This document shows positions 11,326-42,122 of a DNA stretch of 64,000 nt, in pieces; the stretch's first letter is position 1, and every line of letters starts with the position of its first letter. The DNA comes from Pecten maximus (Eukaryota): positions 40,486,001 through 40,550,000 of the forward strand of contig NC_047019.1 in assembly GCF_902652985.1 (NCBI RefSeq), in the 5' to 3' direction. A model generated the notes under the pieces. That model did not search any database, was not told the origin of the DNA, and saw only the letters and a list, made by a program, of their open reading frames with translations. Made by a program: the position numbers and the translations under genes.

Positions 11326-13696
11326 TGTATCTAATGTCACATCGGGCTAGATTGTCAACGAACATAACTCATAAACTATTCCTCACTTTTAGACCCCATT
11401 TAGAGCAAAACCATTTTCAAAAAAACAAACAAACAAAACGAGAGAAAAAAAAACAAAAAAACGAATATCTATTTCAGTGGTGATCGAGATAAAATCGAGC
11501 CAGGTGTAATGGAGATTAAACACAATATTCTCTATCCCAGTAAATAGTATATACACATTGTTATCGGGATAAATAATGACAGATAGTCCTGTTGATATGT
11601 AACTAAAGGTTGTCAATACCGGAACAGAGCCTGATGATGTAATCGCTATGATTATCGAGATAGGTGCAAGATTTAGTGCTACACTAATCAAGCCCAAGAC
11701 GTTTGAGTGAAGTGTTTTGGAAGACAAGTTGTCATTTATTCTTGGGAAAATGTTGATCTAGTACTTAAGAAGCATCCAAACAGCTAATCAAGTCAAAACA
11801 AGGATATTTTACAAGCCTTTAAATTCTACTATGGTGCAATTTCACAGAAGTAACATGATGAACTTTTAGTATATACCATGGCAAACCGTGGGACGTGACG
11901 CTGACATGTAATTTGTTAAGCTGGTTGTAAATTTCCAGAAAACATGCGAAAAATGCACGTTTCATGGGGACATGATTAGCTTATTTGCATCGCTTATATT
12001 GCACAAAATAGTCATGTCGTTTTGCTTACAAGTGTCTAAAGCATAAAATAGGAGCATTGGTTTGACCAGATTGACTTTATGATATGTATAAACATTGTTT
12101 TTATTTTGACTTTGAAATGCAAATGGTGGTTGTGAATATCACTCAAATATGGCATATACATATATATACTCTGTAGAATGAGTAGTAAATGTTTATATTA
12201 TATTGCTAAATAAGAGGCCTATAGGTCTTAAACGTTCTTCTATGTATTTACAATGTATTTCTAAACAGTTCCTTTATCAAGTGTAGTATAGTTTCGCCCG
12301 TTCACATAATTCTAACCAAATTTGAATGATTTCCATTAAATTGTGATTGATATTCCTACATAAAATATAGTAAAGTTTAGCACCTCTCCAGGGAGAAACA
12401 TGAAACCTAGGGGCCATGAAATTTACAACTTTGATCAATTACCTTAAGACCTTGACATCTATGAAGAGTATTTTAAAATTTGGATTCTACCAAATCTGGG
12501 ACTTGAGCAGTTTTTTAAATTCCAGTCAATTTGACCCAAAAAATGGACTTTACATCCAGGAAGTGATCTCAGGATATGTTACCAATCTGTCTGTCGTTTT
12601 GATATCTATGGTTCCTCTTCACTTCCGTTCTTTGACCGGTTATTTGATTTCTGTGACCTTGAACTTTGCTGGTCATGGTAAACTATTTGCATAACTTTTC
12701 CAGGAAGTAGCTCATGCTGTAGATGTGCTAATCATCAAGTTTATATGTGTCACATAATGAAAGGAATAATTTGAATTGCAATTTTTGGAAGATTTTGAAT
12801 TTTAGCAGGGAAACATTCAAAGTGCCATGTCTGCGTTATTTTTGATGACCTTGAATTGTTGCACACACCTTCATACGAGCAGGTTCTTGTAAATGTGACC
12901 CAAATAAACCTTTTGAAAGAATTTTGAATTTATAAAAAAAAGCATTTGACCCCTGTGACCTTAAATGAAGTTCAAAGAAAAGCATAACATTTGTAGCCAG
13001 CCATTCATGCTATCAATGTGCCGAAAATCAAGCCTTCATGTGCATAGATAAAGGAGTAGAACCCTTTTATGTGCAATTTCGAGTTATTTTTTGAATTGTG
13101 GTCGATAAAAGATTGTCATATCTCTGTCATTTTTAATCTGATTCACATTCTGTTTCGGTGAATCAATTAATATGTGCTTTCATTAAAAATCAATCCATAT
13201 ATTACTTGAAAGGACTTGTCAAAATGGTTACATTCCGGATATTGTGAGAATACTAGCCAATCAACTGCTGCTGTTTCACTTGAACCAAGTCCCTAACGAA
13301 AATCTGTTTCTCAGCTTTGTAGCTACTGTGTTTTCTTGAGTAATCTAATTAACATATGGAACAGGTACTTCATATATACGAGAATAAAGAGTAATGTCTT
13401 AGACTTGAAATACAAAAATATACACTCCTACTGAAAATAGAATGACATAGAATTATAGGTGCAAAAAGGCCACTGTAAATATCAGGGTTAATGTCTCTCG
13501 AATGCCCACGTGCTGTTATTTGCCACCAAACCTATACAATGATATCATTTATCAGGTAGCTGAAAATTATATAAATTTCACATCATTTGAACTTCAAATG
13601 AGCGAATGAAGGGTGGAGTCACTAGTATAACATATAGTAAAATATTTGGTTGCCCTAGTCCTTTTACAGGTTTGATAACTTTAGTACACTATCAGA

Positions 13697-15672
13697 GAGA
13701 GCTCGGGTACACTCTGAGGAGATAGCTGATCAAGAACTTACAGGTACACTCTAAGAGATAGCTGATCTAGAACTTACAGGTACACTCTAAGAGATAGCTG
13801 ATCAAGAACTTACAGGTACACTCTAAGAGATAGCTGATCAAGAACTTACAGGTACACTCTAAGAGATAGCTGATCAAGTACTTACATGTACATTCTAAGA
13901 GATAGCTGATCAAGAACTTACAGGAACATTCTAAGAGATAGCTGATCAAGAACTTACAGGTACACTCTAAGAGATAGCTGATCAAGAACTTACAGGAACA
14001 TTCTAAGAGATAGCTGATCAAGAACTTACAGGTACACTCTAAGAGATAGCTGATCAAGAACTTACATGTACAGTCTAAGAGATAGCTGATCAAGAACTTA
14101 CATGTACAGTCTAAGAGATAGCTGATCAAGAACTTACAGGTACACTCTAAGAGATAGCTGATCAAGAACTTACAAGTACATTCTAAGAGATAGCTGATCA
14201 AGAGTTTATAGGAACATTCTAAGAGATAGCTGATCAAGATTTTATAGGAACATTCTAAGAGATAGCTGATCAAGAACTTACAGGTACACTCTAAGAGAAA
14301 GCTGATCAAGAACTTAAGGTACATTCTAAGAGATAGCTGATCAAGGACTTACAGGTACATTCTAAGAGATAGCTGATCAAGAACTTACAGGTACATTCTA
14401 AGAGATAGCTGATCAAGAACTTACATGTACAGTCTAAGAGATAGCTGATCAAGAACTTACAGGTTCACTCTAAGAGATAGCTGATCAAGAACTTACAGGT
14501 GCACTCTAAGAGATAGCTGATCAAGAACTTACAAGTACATTCTAAGAGATAGCTGATCAAGAGTTTATAGGAACATTCTAAGAGATAGCTGATCAAGATT
14601 TTATAGGAACATTCTAAGAGATAGCTGATCAAGAACTTACAGGTACACTCTAAGAGAAAGCTGATCAAGAACTTAAGGTATATTCTAAGAGATAGCTGAT
14701 CAAGGACTTACAGGTACACTCTAAGAGATAGCTGATCAAGAACTTACAGGTACACTCTAAGAGATAGCTGATCAAGAACATACAGGTACACTCTAAGAGA
14801 TAGCTGATCAAGAACTTAAGGTACATTCTAAGAGATAGCTGATCAAGAGTTTATAGGAACATTCTAAGAGATAGCTGATCAAGAGTTTATAGGAACATTC
14901 TAAGAGATAGCTGATCAAGAGTTTATAGGAACATTCTAAGAGATAGCTGATCAAGATTTTATAGGAACATTCTAAGAGATAGCTGATCAAGAGTTTATAG
15001 GAACATTCTAAGAGATAGCTGATCAAGAGTTTATAGGAACATTCTAAGAGATAGCTGATCAAGATTTTATAGGAACATTCTAAGAGATAGCTGATCAAGA
15101 ACTTACAGGTACACTCTAAGAGAAAGCTGATCAAGAACTTAAGGTATATTCTAAGAGATAGCTGATCAAGGACTTACAGGTACACTCTAAGAGATAGCTG
15201 ATCAAGAACTTACAGGTACACTCTAAGAGATAGCTGATCTAGAACTTACAGGTACATTCTAAGAGATAGCTGATCAAGAGTTTATAGGAACATTCTAAGA
15301 GATAGCTGATCAAGATTTTATAGGAACATTCTAAGAGATAGCTGATCAAGAACTTACAGGTACACTCTAAGAGAAAGCTGATCAAGAACTTAAGGTATAT
15401 TCTAAGAGATAGCTGATCAAGGACTTACAGGTACACTCTAAGAGATAGCTGATCAAGAACTTAAGGTATATTCTAAGAGATAGCTGATCAAGAACTTACA
15501 GGTACACTCTAAGAGATAGCTGATCAAGAACTTACAGGTACACTCTAAGAGATAGCTGATCAAGTACTTACAGGTACATTCTAAGAGATAGCTGATCAAG
15601 AACTTACAGGTACACTCTAAGAGATAGCTGATCAAGAACTTACAGGTACACTCTAAGAGATAGCTGATCAAG
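13697..15672. repeat. 36-bp minisatellite (~55 copies) with higher-order variant blocks
   Basis: Unit AAGAGATAGCTGATCAAGAACTTACAGGTACACTCT; gives spurious KFLISYLLECTC ORFs. Confidence 0.95.
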
Positions 15673-16317
15673 AGGGGCTTGAAGAGATGAGGACAGAAGA
15701 CTGTGATGCAGAAATAAAAACACGATGATGTGGGCTTTTACATCATAAACTTGTATAGTAATTAAGAGTGACTTAAAATCACCAATAACTTCTGAGGATA
15801 TTACAGACCGATCACCTCAAATCTATACCTCATCGACAACAACAAATGATGTTAAAAAGTTAAACAATGCACATTTGATGTATGGAAATACTCCATTAGA
15901 TTTAGAATTGTGGATAATTTTGGACGCCCCGACAGAATAAGTCATTAGATCCAAAACTGTACTAGTGTCTGAAATCGATTTAGAAATTACTGGAAAAAAT
16001 AGGGAGGAGGAATTCAATTACTTAGCCAGTTATAAATCACTATCTGAGCTAAAATTTAATGAAATATGTCAATTCTGTATAATGTATACCAGTAGTGATA
16101 TGGATATAGGTGCATTGTAATGTCTGCATCCATAAACAATGCTATTGTATCCTATTGTTACATGTGAAGGGTACTAAGTGATACAAGTATTACAAACAAG
16201 TACCAGGACATCACCTGTACAGGTGTAACATATTAATGAAACAAGTCTGATTAAAATTATGTCTGGAGATTTTATACCCTCCATGTAATGTATGGTACAG
16301 AAATAAAATGAGATATT

Positions 16318-16434
16318 TACACATAACAGAGACAATATCAATCTATTAATCCCTTTATTAAAACACCCACGTGATACACATAACAGAGACAATAACAATC
16401 TATTAATCCCTTTATTAAAACACCCACGTGATAC
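16318..16434. repeat. Tandem duplication of ~57 bp
   Basis: ACACATAACAGAGACAATA.CAATCTATTAATCCCTTTATTAAAACACCCACGTGATAC occurs twice. Confidence 0.8.
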
Positions 16435-18809
16435 CATCATCATATAGGACAGATGAACGAGTGATAGGACTGCATACTAACAGTTTACTAATTGTCACAT
16501 AAACAATCTTCCTCTCACACCAAAGAATCATTCTATGCATGTATCAACATCAAAAGAAACAATAATTTAGGTGTATTTTTTAGGATACACAGGCCAGTCC
16601 CAGGTGTAATTTGTCTATTATAGGCATCTTATAAAAAATTCTTCTTGGACTTTCGGGTTTATTTATTATGCCAGAAATTTAATTCATACATATAGATTTA
16701 CCTAGCACTGATTCTCAAGTATTGTTTTGATGGCTCAAAGGATATGTATAATCTCAATTAATTCCTACCTGTCGTTATAATATCATTAACAATAAAACAA
16801 TAAAATGTACCAATAAAAAATCTCATCTCTTACAGAAACATTTCAGATAAAACATTAATTCAGTCAATAAGTCAAGTTATTGAGAAAAAAAGAAGCCAAT
16901 ATTTCTATTGGCCAGATAGAGCCAAAGCTGACCAATCAGTATCCAAACAGCGACTTAAACCTAAAAAATTAATGCCAGTCATTTGAACGAAGATTTACCA
17001 CACACTGTATATGTTAGACCCACAAAATAGGAATACTGTACTTCAACATAAGTCTCTAAATATCCTGGCTAATACAAGGTCACAGTATAATCTCTGGACT
17101 TAGGGTAAAAAGTTGAATGCATACGGGTATGTATACATACTAGTCAATCCTGAATATCCCATACTAATATTCTGTGCCATTAAAATCTGGGAACAATGTA
17201 TGAGGAAAGTGTGAGACATTTTGATGACAGAACAAAATACAGGGTGTGCTTGATTTGTACAGACAGTCCTTGAATGTTCTGAAAGTTCTGAAACGACCTG
17301 TAAATCGAACATAATAGCAGATACCAGACAAATTGAATATGACTGCCTCCATCTCTGTCATTGTACTAGGCGTGCTAAACGTCATCGCCACTGAAGATGA
17401 GGAATTTATTATCACTATATTGGCAGCAATATCGACTGCTTTGTATGTATTTATAAACTGTGAATGATCAATCAAGCCATATATTTGAATAACCATATTT
17501 TCTGTCTCATTTCTCATCATCACAATTGACAGAGACCAATGTAATTAATATAGAATGATTCGCCAAACATGACCATTTATATTAACCTAATATAATTATT
17601 GGAAATACTGCTGCTAATTGAGTTCCCTATCAATCCTCACTAGATTATCCATTGGTATTATCAGATTATTGTGACTTACAAGTTTCACTAGCTTTATAGA
17701 GATGCCTCAAGTTTTTAAAGATCAAAGAATTATACTGATGTCACATCTATATCTATCTACATACTCCTTTTATCTAAATTCCTACTCCTCTTAAAATCAT
17801 TACTTGATTGAAAGGAGAGAATTTCTGTAATGTTAATCCAAACTTGAGCAAGTTGCGCATTTATAGAATGTCTGATTTTCTTCGGCCGCCATCTTGAAGT
17901 CCTTGCACACCACCAACTCCGGGAAGGGACTGAAGGCGTCCAGAATGTACCAAAATCTGATGGAATGCGATTCCAAATGTCCAGAAGATACACGACTCAA
18001 ATTGAGTGCATCCACACTACATAAATTGTCAGTCAATCAATTGTTTATCGTTGTATATCATATAGTCATATACACAATGTTTCATGGAAACCATTTCACA
18101 AGGAGCTAATTCAGCCATTTTAAAGAAATTAAATGCTTTAATACAAACTAGGGAAAACAATATAGTTATGTGTTAACAAAACATGTACATTTCTAATGAG
18201 TTATTTGTCATAGCTTTGGATGAGCTAGAATGGGAAAAGTGGCCTCTCGGAGACCTCATCAACATAAATTGATTTTATACACAGGCCTTTATGACATATC
18301 CGTCTCTGGTTTACATTACACTTCACATAGTGGTCCCACACATAATATATCACAGATAGAAGGAACATATGGTATACAGTGTACAGCTGCTACAAAGGGA
18401 AAAGTCCAAGTAATTGTCTCAGGGTAGTAATGAAGAGCTAGGAAATCATTTCCACAGTTCTCCTTGACAACGATAAAACAAGTATGATTTTATCTATTAC
18501 TGACTTATTATTTTAATTATACATCAGTTCTTCTTCAATTCTCAAAGCCAAGTCAAAGCGTTCTGATTTAATATTTTCAACTAATTAAAAAATGAAAGTA
18601 CACTGTATGTCATATGAAAAAGGGAGACAGCTCACAATATCATAATTACATAAATTATTCAAACTCTAGTCACCAATGAGCTACAACTAATTGTGCATGG
18701 CTATACTCTTCATCACCAATTCCCAACACCCATGTTGTAATATATATGCACACCAGTTTAATAGAAGTAAATGAGTCTTGATGTTTCCATTCATTAAGTG
18801 CTGTCATTT

Positions 18810-36133
<17,324 letters not shown>

Positions 36134-36285
36134 CTCTTCTTTCGCTTTCGGCACTTCCTGTTTAGTCAACGTCAGAAACACGTTTACACATCGTAAGTAG
36201 AAGCGAAGCTTTCTTACAAGCATCAGACAGACAAGATTTACGTGACCTGCGCGAGTTCACTTCCTTTTTCTAACCAACCTGCAAA
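36134..36285. promoter_or_regulatory. Compact bidirectional promoter shared by ACAT2 (-) and RPL36A (+), with a TCT/5'TOP initiator
   Basis: Only 152 bp between the two ATGs. Pyrimidine tract CTTCCTTTTTCT at 36260-36271, typical of ribosomal-protein TSSs. ETS-like CACTTCC at ~36153 and ~36258. Confidence 0.75.
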
Positions 36286-38470
36286 ATGGTGAGAAATTTT
36301 ATACGATGTCGCCGTTAAAATCCAAAAACATCCACTGTTATTTCTCATCATTTTATTCCTAAATATGTCAAAATTAAAGAGAATAGTTTGTTTTGTTTCA
36401 CCAAACTTTTAGTTTTTGTAAATTTTCATGGTTAGTAGTTGATTTTTATTTATTTGGGAAGTGATAAGCTTGTAAACATGCATCTATTTCTTCAAAATGT
36501 AACAAACCGTACTACACCAAACGGGGATGTCCAGAATAAATCGTGTTGACACCTCTTTCAAAACAGTATTGTGGAATAACATGTCATATTTGCGTAAATA
36601 TGAAATATTTCGAGCAGAACATTTGGAACGGGGGAGATGATTTATTGTTTTCAAGTAACTGGAGTAAACACTCGGCTCAAACCACCATGTTTTGATGTAA
36701 TGGGTGGTTATAATAATCCAGAATAAGTGGAGATATTTTGATAAGTACAAAGTATCATATGCCGAGTCTAAATGGTTTCTAAGTTGTGATTCCACTGAAA
36801 CTGCCGTAATATAGGCAGGTTCCAAAATCTGTCCATGAAGTCTCCTGAGCTAGTCGATATACTGTGCTGATCGAGACCTGACAAAATAAATCTGCTCAAA
36901 TTTCAGATTTCAAAAGCATCAATGTTGGTTTTAACTCTATACCTATACCACAGTATATGATGTTGTCAAAAAAAATGTAAATGGTTAAGATCCTTTATTT
37001 ACGATAAGTCTGCCACAAGTATTGAAGTTGTATTGAACTTGATACCGCAGTATATGATGTTGAATGCAAATTAAATGATATCAAATGCAAATGATTAAAC
37101 AAGTTGGGCACAACCCCACGTGTGTAATAGTCCTACATTAGAGTAACAGTTACTACTTTTCAGTAATAAATATGTCGCTCAAATACAGGATATTTTAAAT
37201 AGAAACAAAGTTTTGTGCAATTTGTAACAAAAAAAGGTGTCATCTTTTTAACATGGCCCAATAACCAATGTGACACTGATATTTGCAGGAGAAATGTTTA
37301 TTTCTGTTATCTAAATTTTTCTTAAATGACTTTTATCTCAATTGATTATAGTGTGAAGCCTTTGGGAGCATTTAGTGAAAATGTCTTATGAATTCACCTG
37401 TGTCATAGAAGTAGTCGCATTATAATCATAGTATGGGGCCATGTTAAAAGTATGACACTGTTTTTATTACAAATGATGTATGAAAGAAAGTTCCAGGTTA
37501 TCCTGCATTTGAGTACCAGTAACTTATCTATTACTTAAATAAAGTAGTAACTGTTACTCAAACTGCAGAACAAATGCAGGGTTTTGCCCAACTTATCAAA
37601 AGGCTTGATTTTGACGAATAAAAATGACTTAAATGAAATCAATGGCAGAAATATCATCTGGTATACAACATATTTTTCAGGTGAACATTCCGAAGTCACG
37701 GAAGACCTTTTGCAAGGGTAAAAAGTGCAAGAAGCATACCCTTCACAAAGTTACTCAATACAAGACTGGAAGGGCTTCCCTATATGCCCAAGGTAAATAT
37801 AAACTGAAAGATTGCTGCTCTTTAACAGATGTGTAACTTTGATTACAATAATTGGTCATCTGCTATTAAAGAATGTAACATGGCATGAACATGAAGTCTA
37901 AATCAAGTATTTGACTGTGATAGATATTTGGATCTAGGCCTAGTCAGCAAATTGATTTTTCTATAAATTTCATCTTTAAATTGGATAAACATTGAAATTT
38001 ATCTTTCACTTTAATATAATTTATGCAGTAATTTTCGATTTGCATACTCCATGTTTTAAGTTATAATTTTGCACCTGTAGGTATGTTGTCTTATGTTGTA
38101 CATGATTTTAAAATACAATGTATGGTGCAATTAAGAGTCTGATACATATATAGTCTTTCTTAGTTTTTGTCAAATAGTGGTGATTTAATTAAGAGACCAA
38201 ACTGTCATTATGTGACCTTTTTTCCAGGATCACTTTCAGGGTCTCTTAAAACAATTTTGACTATTTAAGTTATTATAGTTTTGTATTCATATCATATTAA
38301 TATATAAATAATGCTATAAAATTTGTTGTATTGAATTGAGTACTTGAGTACAAAATGGAAACTTGATACTTTCTGGATCATATGATACATTTAATTATAA
38401 AAATGTAAAAAAAAAAATGGTTATGGTTTATTTTCATGTCTACAAATTGTATAAAAATAAAAGAGATTTA

Positions 38471-38501
<31 letters not shown>

Positions 38502-40216
38502 GCAAATGCCACCTTTTTGTTTTTAGAAAAAAAACACATTTTGGAGATGACAGTATTGATCAGGTGCCCTGCAATATACACCAGCACTGTGTCCCTAACT
38601 CGTCATGTATTTTTGATAACAGATCCTTTTAGCAAGATGTGGTAGACAGTGTATTTTGCAATACTAGCAGATTCATATTAAAGTAAACATTTCTGCTGCA
38701 TTCTCTCTTATCCCTTCCTGTACAAATGGACAATTCTGAAGACCTTGTCCTTGGTGGAAGCACTGAAGCCGAAGACTGGTCGATGGCAGTAAGGGTCGTA
38801 CAAAGGAAGGAGATCAACAGCATTTCATGGAGTTTGGGCTCTAGTTGAACCTCTTTCTTAATGTTCAGTGACTAAGCCTTTTTGTGGATGCTACAAATCA
38901 AATGGATCAGATACTTATAATTATAGTTCTTCAATATCTTCATTATAATTGCTATTCAAAAACAATGTTTTTTCTGTTTGCAGGGAAGAGAAGATACGAC
39001 AGAAAACAGAGTGGATACGGAGGTCAGACGAAGCCTATTTTCCGAAAGAAGGTGATAATGAAAGAACAATAGCTATAGTCAATAAATAAGACCAATTTGG
39101 ATTGTTTTGCATAAATTCTTATAAAATATCTTAGAATTGGTTGATATGCTAAATATGATGTAGTATTTAACATTGGTATTTTTGTTCACTTTTACATCTG
39201 AAAACAGGTGGTTTCATAAAGTGAAATAGTGTATATTTTCCAAAAATAAAGAAATGCCCATGAATATCCTCCTAATTTTAAAGAAAGTATACCAGTAACT
39301 ATAACTTTCAAATTTGCAAGGCACAGGTTGTTGTAAATTTCACCTAAAAGTAACGGCTGATAGGTCTGTCCTGTGTTGGATTGAAAACTTTATATTTATC
39401 TGTCAATATAGGCAAAGACCACCAAGAAGATCACACTACGAATGGAATGTACAACATGCAAGTACAGGAAACAGTTATCACTAAAACGTTGCAAACACTT
39501 CGAGTTGGGAGGTGACAAGAAGAGGAAGGTAGGAATCGAAAATTGTTTTATATTTGAATTAAAAATTAGCATCGAGAGATATGTTGAATTCCCTAATCAC
39601 TTGATCAATTGAATTTAAATGTTTATATTACTTATGCTGCAGTGATTTGGAAGGCCAAGTTTTGGCCATTTACCAGTTTTGAAAATATTTTATTATGTAA
39701 TATTGATGGACTTTCCTGCACAAATGGACAATTCTGTAGGCCATGTCCTTGGTGGAAGCACCGAAGCCGAAGACTGGTCAGTGTCAGTAAGGGTCGTGCA
39801 ATGGAAGAAGATAACAGCATTTCATGGAGTACAGGCTTAGTTGAACCTCTTTCTTAATGTTCAGTGACTAAGCCTTTTTGTGGATGCTACATTATTAACA
39901 AACAAAACATTACATATTGGCAAAGTTAGTCTGTAAATGTGATAGGTATTGAGCCGTTTTGTGACATCGAAAATTGGTTTCAATTGATTTCAGTATAATT
40001 CAATACTTTAAAAAATATAACATCATTGATTCAAAATTTTATATAGATAGAATTTTGAAGTGCACCAATGATTATGTTTTTCTTCCTGATTGTAAGAAAT
40101 ACTAAAGAAATGGCTGGAATCCATCTTTGATTATTTTAAATATGCTCTTTCCTAGTAAACATTTCTAATTTTCTCCTTATTTTGTGTCTTTACAGGGCCA
40201 GATGATCATGTTCTAG
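36286..40216 (+). CDS. RPL36A: 60S ribosomal protein L36a/L44 (eL42), 5 exons, 106 aa
   Basis: Exons: 36286-36288 (ATG), 37681-37792 ([28 protein letters not shown]), 38984-39051 ([21 protein letters not shown]), 39412-39528 ([14 protein letters not shown]...[15 protein letters not shown]), 40196-40216 (GQMIMF*). AATAAA at 40252-40257. Confidence 0.97.
37101..37594. mobile_element. Old foldback MITE (~495 bp) in RPL36A intron 1
   Basis: Nested inverted pairs AAGTTGGGC/GCCCAACTT, GAGTAACAGTTACTACTTT/AAAGTAGTAACTGTTACTC and GTGTCATCTTTTTAACATGGCCC/GGGCCATGTTAAAAGTATGACAC; no clear TSD. Confidence 0.65.
38712..38898 (+). ncRNA. Intronic box H/ACA snoRNA, copy A (SNORA81-like, tentative)
   Basis: Hairpin CTTCCTGTAC...GTACAAAGGAAG, H box AGATCA at 38811-38816, hairpin AGCATTTCAT...GTGGATGCT, ACA at 38893-38895 plus 3 nt. 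Ends ~85 nt before the exon 3 acceptor. Paralogue in intron 4. Confidence 0.8.
39711..39894 (+). ncRNA. Intronic box H/ACA snoRNA, copy B (SNORA81-like, tentative)
   Basis: H box AGATAA at 39809-39814 and ACA at 39889-39891. Compensatory change versus copy A (TGTAC/GTACA to TGCAC/GTGCA). Homology between the copies stops at the predicted RNA ends. Confidence 0.8.
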
Positions 40217-40419
40217 AGGAGCAGTTCATGAAGCCAGCACTGTTTCTTGTAAATAAATTATTGGGCACACCACCAAAATGAGATTTGTTAGTTATTCATT
40301 TATTAGTCACAAGGCAAAACCAACAAATAATTTGGGTCCTGTAATAGAGATACGGGTGGCATGTAGTTATCACTGTCAGTCCACCAGCAAATCAAAGAAT
40401 GGTATTAACTGATTCATAT

Positions 40420-42122
40420 GAATTAGATATTCAGTTCACAAGACACATATTAAAGTCGGAAAATCAAGGTCAAGGTTATTAGTTCCAAATGTCAAGGTCA
40501 AATTTTGTATCTTTTCACTTATTATTTTGTTATTCCTAAAGTAATCGGGTAAAAGATCAATATCAAATTATGTATCTTTCCACTATTGAAGATTTTGTTA
40601 CAACATGGGCAAAATTAAACGAGGAGTCAGCTCACCAAAGGTCAAGGTTAAATGTATCTTTCACTAATTAACATTATAACTTGCATGGTCCTTTGTGCCA
40701 AGTGAGCTTTATGCTGTGGTGTGGACTTGGTCATCCATCTTGCATCCATTATTGCATCGCCTGCAAAAAGCATTCAACATGTATAAGTATTGCTATGTCG
40801 GCAGCATCGTCTGTACAGTTTTCTGTGCGTTAACTTCAGTTCCCTTGGGCCAATCAAACTCGAATTCCCTTGGGCCAATCAAACTCAAATTTCATGCAGA
40901 TCTTCCCTACCAAAAATGCTTGCTTGGGACTGCTTTTAGCTTACTAAAAATACAAAATTTGTTTCCATGCAGTAACTCGAGTGCCCTTGGGCCCATCAGA
41001 TTCAATTTTCATGCAGTTTTTCCTTTCCCCAAGTGTTTTTTTCACTGGTGGAAAGGTCAAGGTGGCATATCAAACAATTTCTATGCAGTTTTTAGCCCAC
41101 CATCTTATGACTTTCAAATCGCTGTGCAAGGAATACTCTTAAAACTTTATGTGAAGGTTCCACATTTGTCTCTTAATTGTGCCAATTGAATTTTGAATTT
41201 CAATAGGAGAAACAAAAGGCCAACATGCAGCAATCTTGGAATTGTTATCGCTACTTAAAGTACAGAAGGGGTGTTTCTAAACTTAACATATAGGTTCCAC
41301 ATGTTCATGTTATCAGATTACTCGGGGGGGGGGGGGGAAACAGAAGAGAGAAGAGTCTGACAGAATCAATAGAGATCGTTCAGGGGTGGGCACCAAGATC
41401 TCTTTCCTTACCACAAGTGTTTTTTACTGGTCCAATGGTGAATAGGTCAAGGTCACTTACAAAAACTAGAAATTGGTTTGTGATAACTCGGAAGTTCCAT
41501 TTGGTTCAAATTGCTACTAGTAAAAAAATTCTTGTTGGATTTTGACCAATAGGGGAAATAGTGGTAATTCCTTTAAGTCGCTACTAGTCATAAGGTTATG
41601 AATGCATGTTGTAAACTTGGAGAGTCTTGACTTCATTATTTCTTTAAAGCAGTTGGGATCCCCACACTATAACCATATATACAACAATGTAGCATTGTTT
41701 GAGGTTAACAAAGAAAAAGAATTGAACATGAACATTATTTTGACATTTGGTCAAATCCAACCAGGTGAGTGATACAGGCCCCATGGGCCTCTTGTTCCTT
41801 GCCAAAAGATGATCTTTACTGGTCCAAATGTCAAGGTCACTAATAATAAATAGAAAATCTGTTTCCGTGCAATAACTCTTGTAATCGCCCTACTTTGGCG
41901 CAGGTGACACATCCACTTCTTTTTCCATTTGTAAACATCTTATATTTGGCTGATAGGTTCCTAGGATGGATTCCCAAATTCAAAGTCGCATGGGTCTTGT
42001 TTATCAAAATATTCAAACAACTCCTCACAAACTGTAGATTCAAGCTTTGACTAAATGAAAGGCAGAGAAATAGCAAACCAGTGAGAACCAGGTGAGCCAT
42101 GCAGACTCACTGGGCCTCTTGC
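40420..42122 (+). mobile_element. Cluster of degraded HINE-like elements
   Basis: Multiple TCAAGGTCA cores and termini CCAGGTGAGTGATACAGGCCCCATGGGCCTCTTGTT (~41761-41797) and CCAGGTGAGCC...GGGCCTCTTG (~42088-42121). Confidence 0.5.

Noticed and set aside
13767-15671. Repetitive ORFs (KFLISYLLECTC)n
   Set aside because: By-product of a 36-bp (3n) minisatellite; broken by 35-bp units, no splice context.
17757-18109. GC-richer island with overlapping short ORFs downstream of the ACAT2 stop
   Set aside because: No recognisable protein and no convincing splice pair; probably 3' UTR or intergenic.
38546-38692. Possible additional H/ACA RNA upstream of snoRNA copy A (hairpin, ATAACA, ACATTT)
   Set aside because: The second hairpin is unconvincing by eye and there is no paralogue to support it; needs a covariance search.
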